Part shown: positions 45,621 to 54,818 of the stretch, in pieces | Layout: each line of letters begins with the position of its first letter | Position numbering within the stretch: the stretch's first letter is position 1 | IMG/VR virus record: IMGVR_UViG_3300009509_000023 | Span: 1-60,068 of that record | DNA: 60,068 nt | Direction: 5' to 3' (one strand) | Origin: a virus | Taxonomy: Duplodnaviria > Caudoviricetes | Position numbers and translations under genes: made by a program | The notes under the pieces: model-generated | The model's database searches: none | The model's input: the letters and a program-made list of their open reading frames with translations, nothing else | Told to the model about the DNA's origin: nothing

Positions 45621-46462
45621 TGAGCGAAGAACATCTGCGGGATGAACTAGCGAAGGGGGCCCCGGTTGGAGGGGCTATCGAGCACATTCACACTGTCAAT
45701 CAGATGGAGACCCCGAAATCGGCGACTGGCGTATTCGAGCTGCCGTGCGGGTATCTCGACCCACAGACACAGGAGCTGGTCACCGAGGTCGAGGTCCGAG
45801 AGATAACGGGTTACGAAGAAGATATGCTCGCATCGGACAACGTTCCGTCGGAGCAGAAAGTGTCGAATCTGATCAGCGGTTGTGTGGTACGCATCGGCGA
45901 AGAGACTCACAAAGGTCGAATTGCCGGGATGCTGCAGAACTTCATGATGGGTGACAGAGTTTTCCTCGTATTCGCGATCCGCCGTGTGACGCTCGGGGAC
46001 GAACTTCCAGTCCGAGAACGCTGTCCCGACTGCAAAACCACCACGCTGTTCATGGTGGACCTCGAAGAAGAGCTTCAACCGAGGGAAATGCCGGACCCGA
46101 GGAAGCGGGTATTCGATGTGCAGCTGCCCTCTGGTTTGTCTGCCCGATTTCGGGTATCGACTGCTGCAGACGAGGTGAATATGGCAAAACTCCGTCGGAG
46201 GCAGAAGCAAAAGTCGGATGTGCTGTCTCAATCGATACTTATGCGATTGGAGCTACTTGGGGATGAAAAGCCCACGCTGAAGATGGTAAAGTCTTTGGGT
46301 ATGAGAGATCGACACTTTCTGCGCGACAAATTCCGAGAGGTGGAAGGCGGGGTGGACACGACGTTGCAGCTGTCTTGCCCTTCGTGCGGAAACGAGTGGG
46401 AGAAGGATCTAGACCTGAGTTCATCGAGTTTTTTCTCCCCTGGGGCTCCGCAGAAGCCCTAG
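45620..46462 (+). CDS. Tail assembly chaperone / hub-assembly protein (gp26-like, Zn-binding)
   Basis: ELPCG, GDRVFL, CPDC, VQLPSG, GVD, CPSC; upstream of the tape measure gene. Confidence 0.75.
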   Translation: MSEEHLRDELAKGAPVGGAIEHIHTVNQMETPKSATGVFELPCGYLDPQTQELVTEVEVREITGYEEDMLASDNVPSEQKVSNLISGCVVRIGEETHKGRIAGMLQNFMMGDRVFLVFAIRRVTLGDELPVRERCPDCKTTTLFMVDLEEELQPREMPDPRKRVFDVQLPSGLSARFRVSTAADEVNMAKLRRRQKQKSDVLSQSILMRLELLGDEKPTLKMVKSLGMRDRHFLRDKFREVEGGVDTTLQLSCPSCGNEWEKDLDLSSSSFFSPGAPQKP

Positions 46463-46644
46463 AGAAGGAAATATTCTACTTGATGGAGTCGTGGAACGGT
46501 CTCCCCTATGAGTCGATCATGATGATTCCGGTCACCCGGCGTCATCGACTGATGCTCCAAAAGAGCAATTTGGAGCGTCGGAGGCAGCAGAACCAGGACG
46601 CTGCCATGGCTCGTGCGAGAGCGCGCTCTAGGCGTCGACGGTAG
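46429..46644 (+). other. -1 frameshift site (T TTT TTC) and C-terminal extension of the tail chaperone (G-T type)
   Basis: In-phase heptamer 46429-46435; hairpin GGGCT/AGCCC 46443-46459; -1 frame reads EKEIFYLM...IMMIPVTRR to 46644. Confidence 0.8.
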
Positions 46645-46652
46645 GAGAGACT

Positions 46653-46664
46653 ATGGGCCTCAAC
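46653..46664 (+). pseudogene. Orphaned original 5' end (MGLN) of the tape measure gene
   Basis: AGGAG RBS then ATG GGC CTC AAC, against ATG GGT TTG AAT at 47405. Confidence 0.65.
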
Positions 46665-46670
46665 TGGATA

Positions 46671-47369
46671 CTACTTCTGGCTACGGTATTTTCCTCGGGA
46701 CCAGTTCAACACGGTAACGTCGGAAACTCCAAACTCCTCGGCCAGGATTCGGCTACTCTCTCCGGATTTGTGCCTGTTGATGATCTCTCGGACAGTATTG
46801 TCGTCGATTCGGGCGAGCACGTCGTCTCGTGTCTGACTGTAGGTTTTAGACGGGGTGATTGGGCCTTCGGCGTGCTTCCAGGTTTTTCCAGTGCAAACAG
46901 ACGAGATACACGCCTGAGTAACTCCGTATTCTTCAGCGAGCGCTGTGAGCTTCTCTCCAGATGCTCTGCGTTGGCGAATATTGACAACGTCTTCAGCGCA
47001 GAGCTTCTCTCCAGAACGACGCCGTCCGAGAACTCTGAAGGCATGAAGGGTGTTTTCTCTCACGGTTACAGCTTCAAGATTTTCCAGACGATTATCGTCT
47101 CGCACACCGTTGAGGTGGTTTATTACATATCCTTTTGGAATCGGACCACGAAAGGCCTCCCACATAAGTCTATGTACTCGCCGCGCTATAGCATGGCCGC
47201 CTGGACGAGACAGGCCGACTTGCGCATAGCCGTCCCGGCAGTATCCGAGTTTGAGGAGTCTCCCTGCTTTGGTGCGAGTTACCGATGTGAGCCGGCGTAC
47301 TCGACCTCGACTCGATATTTCATAGGCCTCCGGAAGTTCTACCACTGGTTTCCATGTCTCTTTAGTCAT
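46671..47369 (-). mobile_element. Free-standing NUMOD4-HNH homing endonuclease with two C-terminal HTHs
   Basis: WKPV...YEISSRGRVR (NUMOD4), VHRLMWEAF.GPIP...INHLNG.RDDNRLENLE...EN; the only credible minus-strand gene in the window. Confidence 0.9.
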
Positions 47370-47404
47370 GAGCCCAGTGTATCACGAAACAGAAAGGGAT
47401 GCAC

Positions 47405-50400
47405 ATGGGTTTGAATTTTTTAGGACTTGGATTTTCGTTCGGCGCTAAAGATGTCGGACTGGAGTCAGCCCTCGCTGGTTTGAATAACCAATTCAAGCAA
47501 CTCGATGACTCCGTTACGAGCTTCAAAGATGCTTCTTCCGGAGCTTTCTCCCCAGCAGAAGAGGCCATCGAGGGCATAAAAGACCAAGTAGCGGATCTGC
47601 TCGATGTTGGGTTGGACAATCTGTCATTTGACGACGTGGCTGTCGATTCTTCTGACGTGGTTGCGGCGAAGGACGCAGTCGAAGGGCTCGGAAGTTCCAC
47701 CGAGACGGGCGCTACCGAGTTCGGTCGTATGGCGAACAGTGTTCTTGGTGGATCTGGGAAAATAACAGGAGCACTTGGATGGATTGGTTTGGCCATCGGT
47801 CCTGTCATTGGCGGGTTTGGGCAGGCTGCCGAATCGGCTGGAGGGATGATCGATACGCTTGCCGGTATTCCAGGAAGAATAGGTGGAACGATCCACCGTT
47901 TGGCGAACGACGGCATAAATCTTACGAACAGTCTCGAGGGTGAAGCCGTTGGTATGGCGCAGACTGCTCGGCAGGTCGGCGTCAACATGGGTTACGTTGG
48001 ACAGGATTTGAACCGCTTTATAGGCCAGGCGACTGGAATGGCTATGGGCCTCAACATCGGAGCCGATGATGCTGCGAAAGCCATTCGTGGCTGGGATGAG
48101 GCGGCGGAAACGCTCGGAGCCACTGGTATCACGAGCGCGCGAAATCTGGCTCAGCTCACAGCCGGTTTGGGCATTGAAGCTGACGTGCTTCGTAACACCA
48201 CTCTCGAGATGCGCAACTTGGGCGCGTCCGATGACCAGATTCGTCTCATAACTTCTTCATTGGCGGCGATGGGTCAGCAGACCGGAGATGTGGCAGGGGC
48301 TCTAAACCAGCTTCCAGACGTGATCCAGATGTTGGAGCGCCGTAGGGCTCTGGGGGACACTCCCGAGCAAATGGCCGCATTTGCGGCGGATACGGCTGCC
48401 GCGGCGCGGGGATTGTTCGCCTTCACCCAGGACTCCGAGCGCGCGCGAGCTATGGCTCAGCAGTTAGCGGGTACTGTGACAGAGAGTCGCGAGGCCTTCC
48501 AGAACATGTTTGCCGGGGCGGAAGACCAGTTGCCTCAGTTGGTGAGCGAGCTATCGGTTGTTTCTGGGGATGTAGATGCGGCTTTTGAGCATATGGCTGG
48601 AGGCCCCGGTCAACTTATCGAGGGAATGGGCCAACTTGTTCAGCTGACACGCGCACGAGGTGGCAATGTAGGTCAGGTGTTGGAGTTTATGCGCGGACGG
48701 CTCCAGCAGGTTTTTGGCAATGATATGACTGCCACGCTGGTCAATTTCTGGGATCGGATGGACGATAGCACGCTGGCATCTATGGCGAATATTAGAGGTG
48801 CTTCTGTCGACCTCGGAGAGCTGGGAGCGGCAGCTCATTCGACAGGGCGGACGCTGGATGAAGTTTTCGAGCGTATGAGAGCTGGGTTCCAGACGGCCTT
48901 CCGCCGAATCGCAAGGCCCGCGGTTCGAGACTTTGTGCGAGATACTGGGGGAGCGCTTCGGACCCTCCAGCGCCGTATGAATGAGGCGAGAGACGACACA
49001 GGAGCGCTCGGGACGGTCATGGAAACCCTTTCGCTGTCTTCGCAGATCGGCGGTCTGGCTCTAATGCCGCGAGAACTTCGTTCCACGACGATCGCGGCTG
49101 ATGAACTTCAGGGTATGGTGACGCCTCTTATCCAATCCTTCACAACGTGGGGAGGACTGGTCGAGACGGTCGGCTCATATGTTGCCCTCTTCGCTACCGA
49201 GGTCATTCTGGCCAAAGAAGCCGGGATGAGTTGGGGAGCTGCGATCGACAAAGTGGCTGACAAGTTCGCGGGCATATTTGTGAAAATGATCGGAAAAGCC
49301 GAGACATTTCTCACCGACTTTGCAAATAGGTTTGCGACGTTTGATTGGAACACTCTGTTTGGAGGGGCGGAAGAAGGAGCAGGCGAAGAGGGGCCGCTAG
49401 GTCGAATATTCAGAAAACTTGAAAGCGTGGACTGGGGCGGCATTTGGGCGAACATCCGAAAGGGTTTCGAGAACCTCTTCAAATTGATGGAGCCGTGGCT
49501 CACTCAGAAGATGGAGACGTTCAAAACGGTGGTGTGGGAACGTCTTGGGAGGTGGTGGAGCGAGATCGACTGGATGGGCATATTGGGAACCATGGGGGAC
49601 CTGGCAGGGGCCCTGTGGACTGCCGTGCAGCCGGCATTCAGCGAGCTGGGAGACATGATTGGTCAGTGGTTATCTGACCATTGGATCGACATCGTTCTAA
49701 TCTCAAGCGCGGCTCTGGTCGGGGCGTTTGTCGCTCTTGTGCTCGCGGCTATCGGTGCTGCGGTGGCGATTCTTTTGGCTCCTGTTGGCGCCGCTTTCCT
49801 GTTCTGGTCGGAAGCGTGGGAGCGCTGGGGAGACGATATCATCGCCTACTTCGAAGGGCTCGGCGAAGACATAGCCGAAATCTGGCAATTCATAGTGAAT
49901 GAGGTTGGCGATCTTCTTCGGGACTTTGGGGTGTGGATCGAGGAGACGTGGCAAGGTGTTGTCGACTTCTTCACAGGCGCGTGGGACGGCGTTGTCGGCT
50001 TTTTCGAGGGCATAGGCGAGGGTATTCAGGGCACGATTCAGGGGGTCGTAGATTGGCTCTCCGACACGTGGAACGGGTTTATACAGTGGTTCGTAGGCAG
50101 GTTTCCGGAGACATCCCAAGCGGTAGCAGAAGCCGCGGCGAATTGGAGGCGTCGGTTTGAGTCGATTCGAGACTTTGCCATTCGGGCGTGGGACGCAATC
50201 AAGGGGTACATCTCTTCAGCTGTCGACTGGATAACCACAAGGTTCCAATCCCTTGTAGAAGGTGTTTCCAACACATGGATGCAGGTCGGGGCGGCCATCT
50301 CGACGGCGTTGGAGTGGATCAGCGCGAACATCATTCAGCCTTATATCGACAACCTGTCGAGGATTTGGTCTGTGGTGTCAGAGACCGCGTCGACTGCGTG

Positions 50401-51298
50401 GGAATGGATAGAGGGGATCGGGGAGACCATTCAGGAAAACTTAGTCGATGTGGCGACTGTGCTTCAAGACGCGTGGTCGGGGATCGTGACCTTCTTCCAG
50501 GACATATTTGCGAGACTTGGAGAAGCGCTCGCCCCGGTTAGTAGGCTGTTCGGTTCGATTGGGGAGTCGGGCGTGCAGGCGCTCGACTCTATCATGGCGA
50601 CGGCTGTCCGCCTGTTCGGAGGATCGATCAACACCGTGGTTGGCGAGGACATGGCTTCGACCGAAGAAGTCATGACTCAGGCGGCGAACAACGTGTCCGA
50701 GACTATGCAGACCGTTCTATACGAAGCGACTGTGAGTGCCATCGTTGACGGATTTTCAGAGGGCTTCGCTCAAGTAGTCGAGAACATGGGAGAGTTTACC
50801 GACAGCATGGTCGAGGCATTTTCGACTCTGAACGATCGGATTCTGGAAATAACGTCTGACCTGTTCGGGGCAGTGATTTCTCAAGCCGAGATCACGATGA
50901 TCGCTTCCGAGACCGCTGTCGAGGGGATCATTGGACGACTGCGCACCATTACTCAGGCCCAGGCGGCGCTTGCTTCAGCGAGGACTGAGGCCATCGAATC
51001 GTTGTCTAGACCCGCCGACGAAGATGCGATGCGCCGTAGGTTGGCGCAGTTGGCGGGCAATGAAGTTCTTCAGGCTATTCACCATCCTGACTGGTATAGC
51101 GGATTTGGCAGCGTAGAAGGATACAGAACGCTGTTCATACAACACATGAATGCTCTGAAGAACGCTATTGAGGCGCTCGGGACTGCGCCTGCGACCGGAG
51201 CGATGGAGGAGCGCCGTCGAATTATCAGAGAGGCTGCCGAAGCAGTTCGTCGAGGTCCGGGGGGTCAGCCGCGAGTTCCGGGTGGAGCAGGGAGGTAA
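47405..51298 (+). CDS. Tape measure protein
   Basis: About 1297 aa, Ala/Gly-rich and helical; W/F repeats with about 11-residue spacing; hydrophobic segment; position after the chaperone. Confidence 0.88.
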   Translation: MGLNFLGLGFSFGAKDVGLESALAGLNNQFKQLDDSVTSFKDASSGAFSPAEEAIEGIKDQVADLLDVGLDNLSFDDVAVDSSDVVAAKDAVEGLGSSTETGATEFGRMANSVLGGSGKITGALGWIGLAIGPVIGGFGQAAESAGGMIDTLAGIPGRIGGTIHRLANDGINLTNSLEGEAVGMAQTARQVGVNMGYVGQDLNRFIGQATGMAMGLNIGADDAAKAIRGWDEAAETLGATGITSARNLAQLTAGLGIEADVLRNTTLEMRNLGASDDQIRLITSSLAAMGQQTGDVAGALNQLPDVIQMLERRRALGDTPEQMAAFAADTAAAARGLFAFTQDSERARAMAQQLAGTVTESREAFQNMFAGAEDQLPQLVSELSVVSGDVDAAFEHMAGGPGQLIEGMGQLVQLTRARGGNVGQVLEFMRGRLQQVFGNDMTATLVNFWDRMDDSTLASMANIRGASVDLGELGAAAHSTGRTLDEVFERMRAGFQTAFRRIARPAVRDFVRDTGGALRTLQRRMNEARDDTGALGTVMETLSLSSQIGGLALMPRELRSTTIAADELQGMVTPLIQSFTTWGGLVETVGSYVALFATEVILAKEAGMSWGAAIDKVADKFAGIFVKMIGKAETFLTDFANRFATFDWNTLFGGAEEGAGEEGPLGRIFRKLESVDWGGIWANIRKGFENLFKLMEPWLTQKMETFKTVVWERLGRWWSEIDWMGILGTMGDLAGALWTAVQPAFSELGDMIGQWLSDHWIDIVLISSAALVGAFVALVLAAIGAAVAILLAPVGAAFLFWSEAWERWGDDIIAYFEGLGEDIAEIWQFIVNEVGDLLRDFGVWIEETWQGVVDFFTGAWDGVVGFFEGIGEGIQGTIQGVVDWLSDTWNGFIQWFVGRFPETSQAVAEAAANWRRRFESIRDFAIRAWDAIKGYISSAVDWITTRFQSLVEGVSNTWMQVGAAISTALEWISANIIQPYIDNLSRIWSVVSETASTAWEWIEGIGETIQENLVDVATVLQDAWSGIVTFFQDIFARLGEALAPVSRLFGSIGESGVQALDSIMATAVRLFGGSINTVVGEDMASTEEVMTQAANNVSETMQTVLYEATVSAIVDGFSEGFAQVVENMGEFTDSMVEAFSTLNDRILEITSDLFGAVISQAEITMIASETAVEGIIGRLRTITQAQAALASARTEAIESLSRPADEDAMRRRLAQLAGNEVLQAIHHPDWYSGFGSVEGYRTLFIQHMNALKNAIEALGTAPATGAMEERRRIIREAAEAVRRGPGGQPRVPGGAGR

Positions 51299-51301
51299 AC
51301 T

Positions 51302-51628
51302 GTGGCCACTGTACGAGTTCAGAAGGGCAGCCGCTTACGGTTCGGCGAGCTGGTCGAGGCGGACGGGGTTACGTTTTGGGACGTTCTCGATCTACCAGAA
51401 ATACCGCCTCAGAGGGACGATCTCATTCATCGGGTCATAGGCGAGGATAGGATCGATCTACTGGCCAACGACTACTACAAAGACCCGACAAAGTGGTGGG
51501 TCATTGCCGTGGCCAACGGGATGGAAGAGCTACCGACGGATTTGAATGTTGGAGATGACATCATAATTCCTTCTCCTCGATACGTTGATCAAGTTCTGTT
51601 CGGGAAGGCGAACGTGCAGAGGCAATAG
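51302..51628 (+). CDS. LysM-like baseplate protein (gp53/tail X-like)
   Basis: HRV..EDRIDLLANDYY.DPTKWWVIAVANG...IIIP. Confidence 0.85.
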   Translation: MATVRVQKGSRLRFGELVEADGVTFWDVLDLPEIPPQRDDLIHRVIGEDRIDLLANDYYKDPTKWWVIAVANGMEELPTDLNVGDDIIIPSPRYVDQVLFGKANVQRQ

Positions 51629-53019
51629 TGGCAAACTTTGATTTCTCATCTCCCTTTGTTGCGGCGAGGATACGACTTCCGAACGGGGACGCGTTTCCTC
51701 TCTGGACGAATATTGGAGGAGCCGAGCGCAACCTCTACCCTGTTGCCGGTACGGAGGAGATACAGGCTCTCGCTTTTCTTCAGGAGGTACAGGTTGAGTT
51801 GAATCTATCTGAGCTGCCAAAAATAACAGCCCAGCTCAGCCCACCATTTGAAGACGGGATGAAGTTCATCAACTCGCCTTTAGCCGACGGACTGATGAGA
51901 AACACTCTCGAGGTACAGTTCGGGTATTCCGGAGGAACGGGAGACGGGGGAGCCGAGCTATCTCCTCCATATATAGGCACTCTAATGGCTCCAGAAGTTA
52001 CGGTCGATACGGAGATTCAGATATCCCTCAAGGCGCAAGGGTTAGCGAGAAGCGCTCAGACACAGGGCGGTCGAGTTGTAGGAAGAACGAACGAGAAGAT
52101 CGAGAACATAATTCGTAGAATAGCGGAAGGAGAGACCGGAGGGCGCCGAGTACTCGAGGTTGACTTTTCGGAAATTGAGCGCGGGTCTGAGACCTGGAAC
52201 GCCATCTATAATACGTCGGCTGAAAACTATTCCCAAGGTGGAAGGTCGGACTGGGTCGCTTTGTGGGAGCTGGCAGAACGTACTAACTGCGTGATGCTGG
52301 TAACTGGCACGTCGCCCGACGGTGTGGCGCAGCTGCAGTGGATACCGAAAAACGAGAGATGGAGAGGACCGCCTAAGAGACGATACCGACTGTTCCATTT
52401 TCCAGGCGGAGAATTCCGGAGTCACTACGAAGCATGGTCGGAAGCCGAGATGCCGATCATATCGTTTTCCTGCAACACGGAGGCGATATGGAACGCGGTA
52501 ACGTACCAAGATATCCTGAACAGCGGAGCGCAGCTGAACGGGGTGGATGCCGATAATGTGAGTGCGAGCCGCACTCCAGTGACGCTGGAAGGATTGGCAG
52601 AGCCGGTTGACAGCACAGAGGGGGCGCAAACTGCAGAGCCTAGTGACAGGCTTCCTGACTCCCCGATGATTCTTCCCGGAGATCCAGACAACCCAGAGGC
52701 TGTGAGACGAGCTGAAGCTGAAGTCGGAGCTGGGGCTGGAATGGTAGTGGCGATTCAACTCGAGGTGCTCGGCGACCCCACAATTCTTCCTGGCGAAGTG
52801 ATCGCTGTCGGGGGTTTAGGGTTACGGTTCGATCGTCGTGTGTACCACGTGGATACGATATCACATTCGATAGGCATGGGAGGATTCTCAACGACCATTG
52901 TGGCGCACTCGAACATCGACCCGAGAATCCGTGAAGACACGAGACAGCCGACGGGGCAACGGAATAGAGGCGAGGTCGAGACTGTAGCAGGGTACGTAGC
53001 CAGGTCTGAGGGATTGTGA
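51628..53019 (+). CDS. Baseplate hub protein (gpD/gp27-like)
   Basis: VQFGY, Q..SDW..L.ELA, GDPTILPG, YHVDTISHSI..GGFST. Confidence 0.75.
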   Translation: MANFDFSSPFVAARIRLPNGDAFPLWTNIGGAERNLYPVAGTEEIQALAFLQEVQVELNLSELPKITAQLSPPFEDGMKFINSPLADGLMRNTLEVQFGYSGGTGDGGAELSPPYIGTLMAPEVTVDTEIQISLKAQGLARSAQTQGGRVVGRTNEKIENIIRRIAEGETGGRRVLEVDFSEIERGSETWNAIYNTSAENYSQGGRSDWVALWELAERTNCVMLVTGTSPDGVAQLQWIPKNERWRGPPKRRYRLFHFPGGEFRSHYEAWSEAEMPIISFSCNTEAIWNAVTYQDILNSGAQLNGVDADNVSASRTPVTLEGLAEPVDSTEGAQTAEPSDRLPDSPMILPGDPDNPEAVRRAEAEVGAGAGMVVAIQLEVLGDPTILPGEVIAVGGLGLRFDRRVYHVDTISHSIGMGGFSTTIVAHSNIDPRIREDTRQPTGQRNRGEVETVAGYVARSEGL

Positions 53020-53873
53020 TGCCGATCACTGCTGAAGAGATACTGGACAACATCACGCGGTATGGTTTGGAGTTTTATAGGGTGTATCCCGGGCTCTATC
53101 GCGGCATTGTGACTGCGAACGATGATCCTAGAAAGCAGGGCAGGATAAAAGCGCACGTCCCGACGATGCAGGAAGAGGCGCTGAACGTGTGGATCAAAGC
53201 GGCGTTCGACGGCGCGGGAAATAATCGAGGCCTATTCTGGCCTCCAGAGGTCGGCGATCCCGTGTACGTGTCGTTTGCTCAAGGGCAGCCTTCTCGACCT
53301 GAATGCTACATCGGAGGGTGGTTTGGTTACCGAGACAACTCGACCGATGTTCCGGACGATCTTGGCTACTCAGGGGACTATCCGGATATTCGAGGGCTCG
53401 TCACGCGGATGGGCCATAAGCTCATATTTAGCGATGCGGATGGAGATGAGCGAGTCGAGTTGATTTGGAATAAAGCCAACTCGACAGACGACGCGAAAAC
53501 GGACAGGACCGTAACAGCGGGACAGGGGTCGGCGTCCGGAGGCGGTGGCACGGCTTCAATAAAATTCACTCCAGACGGGGCGATAGAGATCGCGGACAGC
53601 GCAACGCCGGCTCAAACAATAAAACTCGATGGAAGTGGAACGATCGAGATAGCGGATAAGAATGGGAACAAGGTGACGTTGAGCGCGTCGGGCGCGAAGA
53701 TAGAAGCTACGGCCATCGACTTGGGAGGAAACGCGACAGAGCCGGCGGTGCTTGGGAATACGTGGCTGCAGTGGGCGGCTACACACACCCACGGGGATTC
53801 GATGGGTGGAACTCTTCCACCTACGACTCTACCGACTATCGCGATGTTATCGCAGACGGTGAAGCTGAAGTGA
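53019..53873 (+). CDS. Baseplate spike (gpV/gp5 OB-fold plus beta-helix)
   Basis: YRGIVTANDDP..QGRIK, PPEVGDPVYVSF.QG..P, beta repeats, C-terminal HTH (His-x-His) apex motif. Confidence 0.88.
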   Translation: MPITAEEILDNITRYGLEFYRVYPGLYRGIVTANDDPRKQGRIKAHVPTMQEEALNVWIKAAFDGAGNNRGLFWPPEVGDPVYVSFAQGQPSRPECYIGGWFGYRDNSTDVPDDLGYSGDYPDIRGLVTRMGHKLIFSDADGDERVELIWNKANSTDDAKTDRTVTAGQGSASGGGGTASIKFTPDGAIEIADSATPAQTIKLDGSGTIEIADKNGNKVTLSASGAKIEATAIDLGGNATEPAVLGNTWLQWAATHTHGDSMGGTLPPTTLPTIAMLSQTVKLK

Positions 53874-54436
53874 CTTTGAGGGAGACGAAATTGCGACAAG
53901 CGCTCTCGAAGTGGTTCTCTGATCCAAGGGGTGTGCCGTCGGCGAGGCAGGCTGAAGCGAGGTTCGCGTCGGTCTATCACGACTACGCTAAAGAGGTGGA
54001 AGACCTTTCAGGGGATCGAGCCGCGAATTTGGACAAGTCGAAGTTTGAATCGGCTCTGAACTTCAGAAAATCGAGAACAGCAAAACAGTTCTGCAAACAG
54101 CTCGATGAGGCTTTTGTCCGATATTGGTCGGGGACGGTATTTGCTGTGGGATCTCTTCCATCGCCAACGACCTCGTGCCCGAATGTCGGCGGCACAGGCG
54201 TATTTGCAGTCGAAACGTTGTCGACGGTGGTGGGAGTGGCTTCGGGGGTGCTTTATAGGAAGCTTCTACCTATAATCACTCCAACTGGAGGATCGGCAAA
54301 ATCACAGGCGGTGAAAATGGCGAGAGCATTTGATGAGGCGACGAAGAGTGCTGTGACCGTGCTCATAGTTGGCCAGGACACAACGCCCCCGCCGACCGGA
54401 CCGCTCCCGATCTATAACGTGTGCACGGTGTTTTAG
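53870..54436 (+). CDS. Hypothetical baseplate-region protein
   Basis: GTGA overlap with the spike stop; lies between spike and gp25-like genes. Confidence 0.6.
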   Translation: MTLRETKLRQALSKWFSDPRGVPSARQAEARFASVYHDYAKEVEDLSGDRAANLDKSKFESALNFRKSRTAKQFCKQLDEAFVRYWSGTVFAVGSLPSPTTSCPNVGGTGVFAVETLSTVVGVASGVLYRKLLPIITPTGGSAKSQAVKMARAFDEATKSAVTVLIVGQDTTPPPTGPLPIYNVCTVF

Positions 54437-54811
54437 ATGACCACGCCCATCATATACCAAGGAATCAAGTTCCCATTTCAGAGAGGGTCTACGTCTTTTC
54501 CAGCGTCGGCTACGGACGATGAGCTGATTCAGGATTCGCTCATCCAGCTGATACTCACCCGAAACGGCGAGCGGATCATGCGCCCGGACTGCGGCACGAA
54601 CGCGCTCTCATTCGTGTTCGAGAACAACGAGGCCATTCTCGGCAATCTTCTAAGGTCGGAAATTCAGGGAGTGGTGGCGAGGTACGAGCCGAGGATACAG
54701 ATCACCGATATCGTGGTGGAGCAGCGCGATAGCGAGGTTATTCTCACAATCGTCTACATCATTCTGGCCACACGACGAGTGGCGTCGGCGCTCGTAGCAG
54801 TGCCGAAGTGA
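54437..54811 (+). CDS. Baseplate wedge / sheath initiator (gp25-like)
   Basis: GIKFPF, LILTRNGERIMRPDCG, FE, YEPRI. Confidence 0.9.
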   Translation: MTTPIIYQGIKFPFQRGSTSFPASATDDELIQDSLIQLILTRNGERIMRPDCGTNALSFVFENNEAILGNLLRSEIQGVVARYEPRIQITDIVVEQRDSEVILTIVYIILATRRVASALVAVPK

Positions 54812-54818
54812 GGAAGTC

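Noticed and set aside
46653-47414. 253-aa + strand ORF as a real protein-coding gene
   Set aside because: It mirrors the HNH gene codon for codon and has no protein-like motifs beyond the first four orphaned codons; kept only as a possible coupling device.
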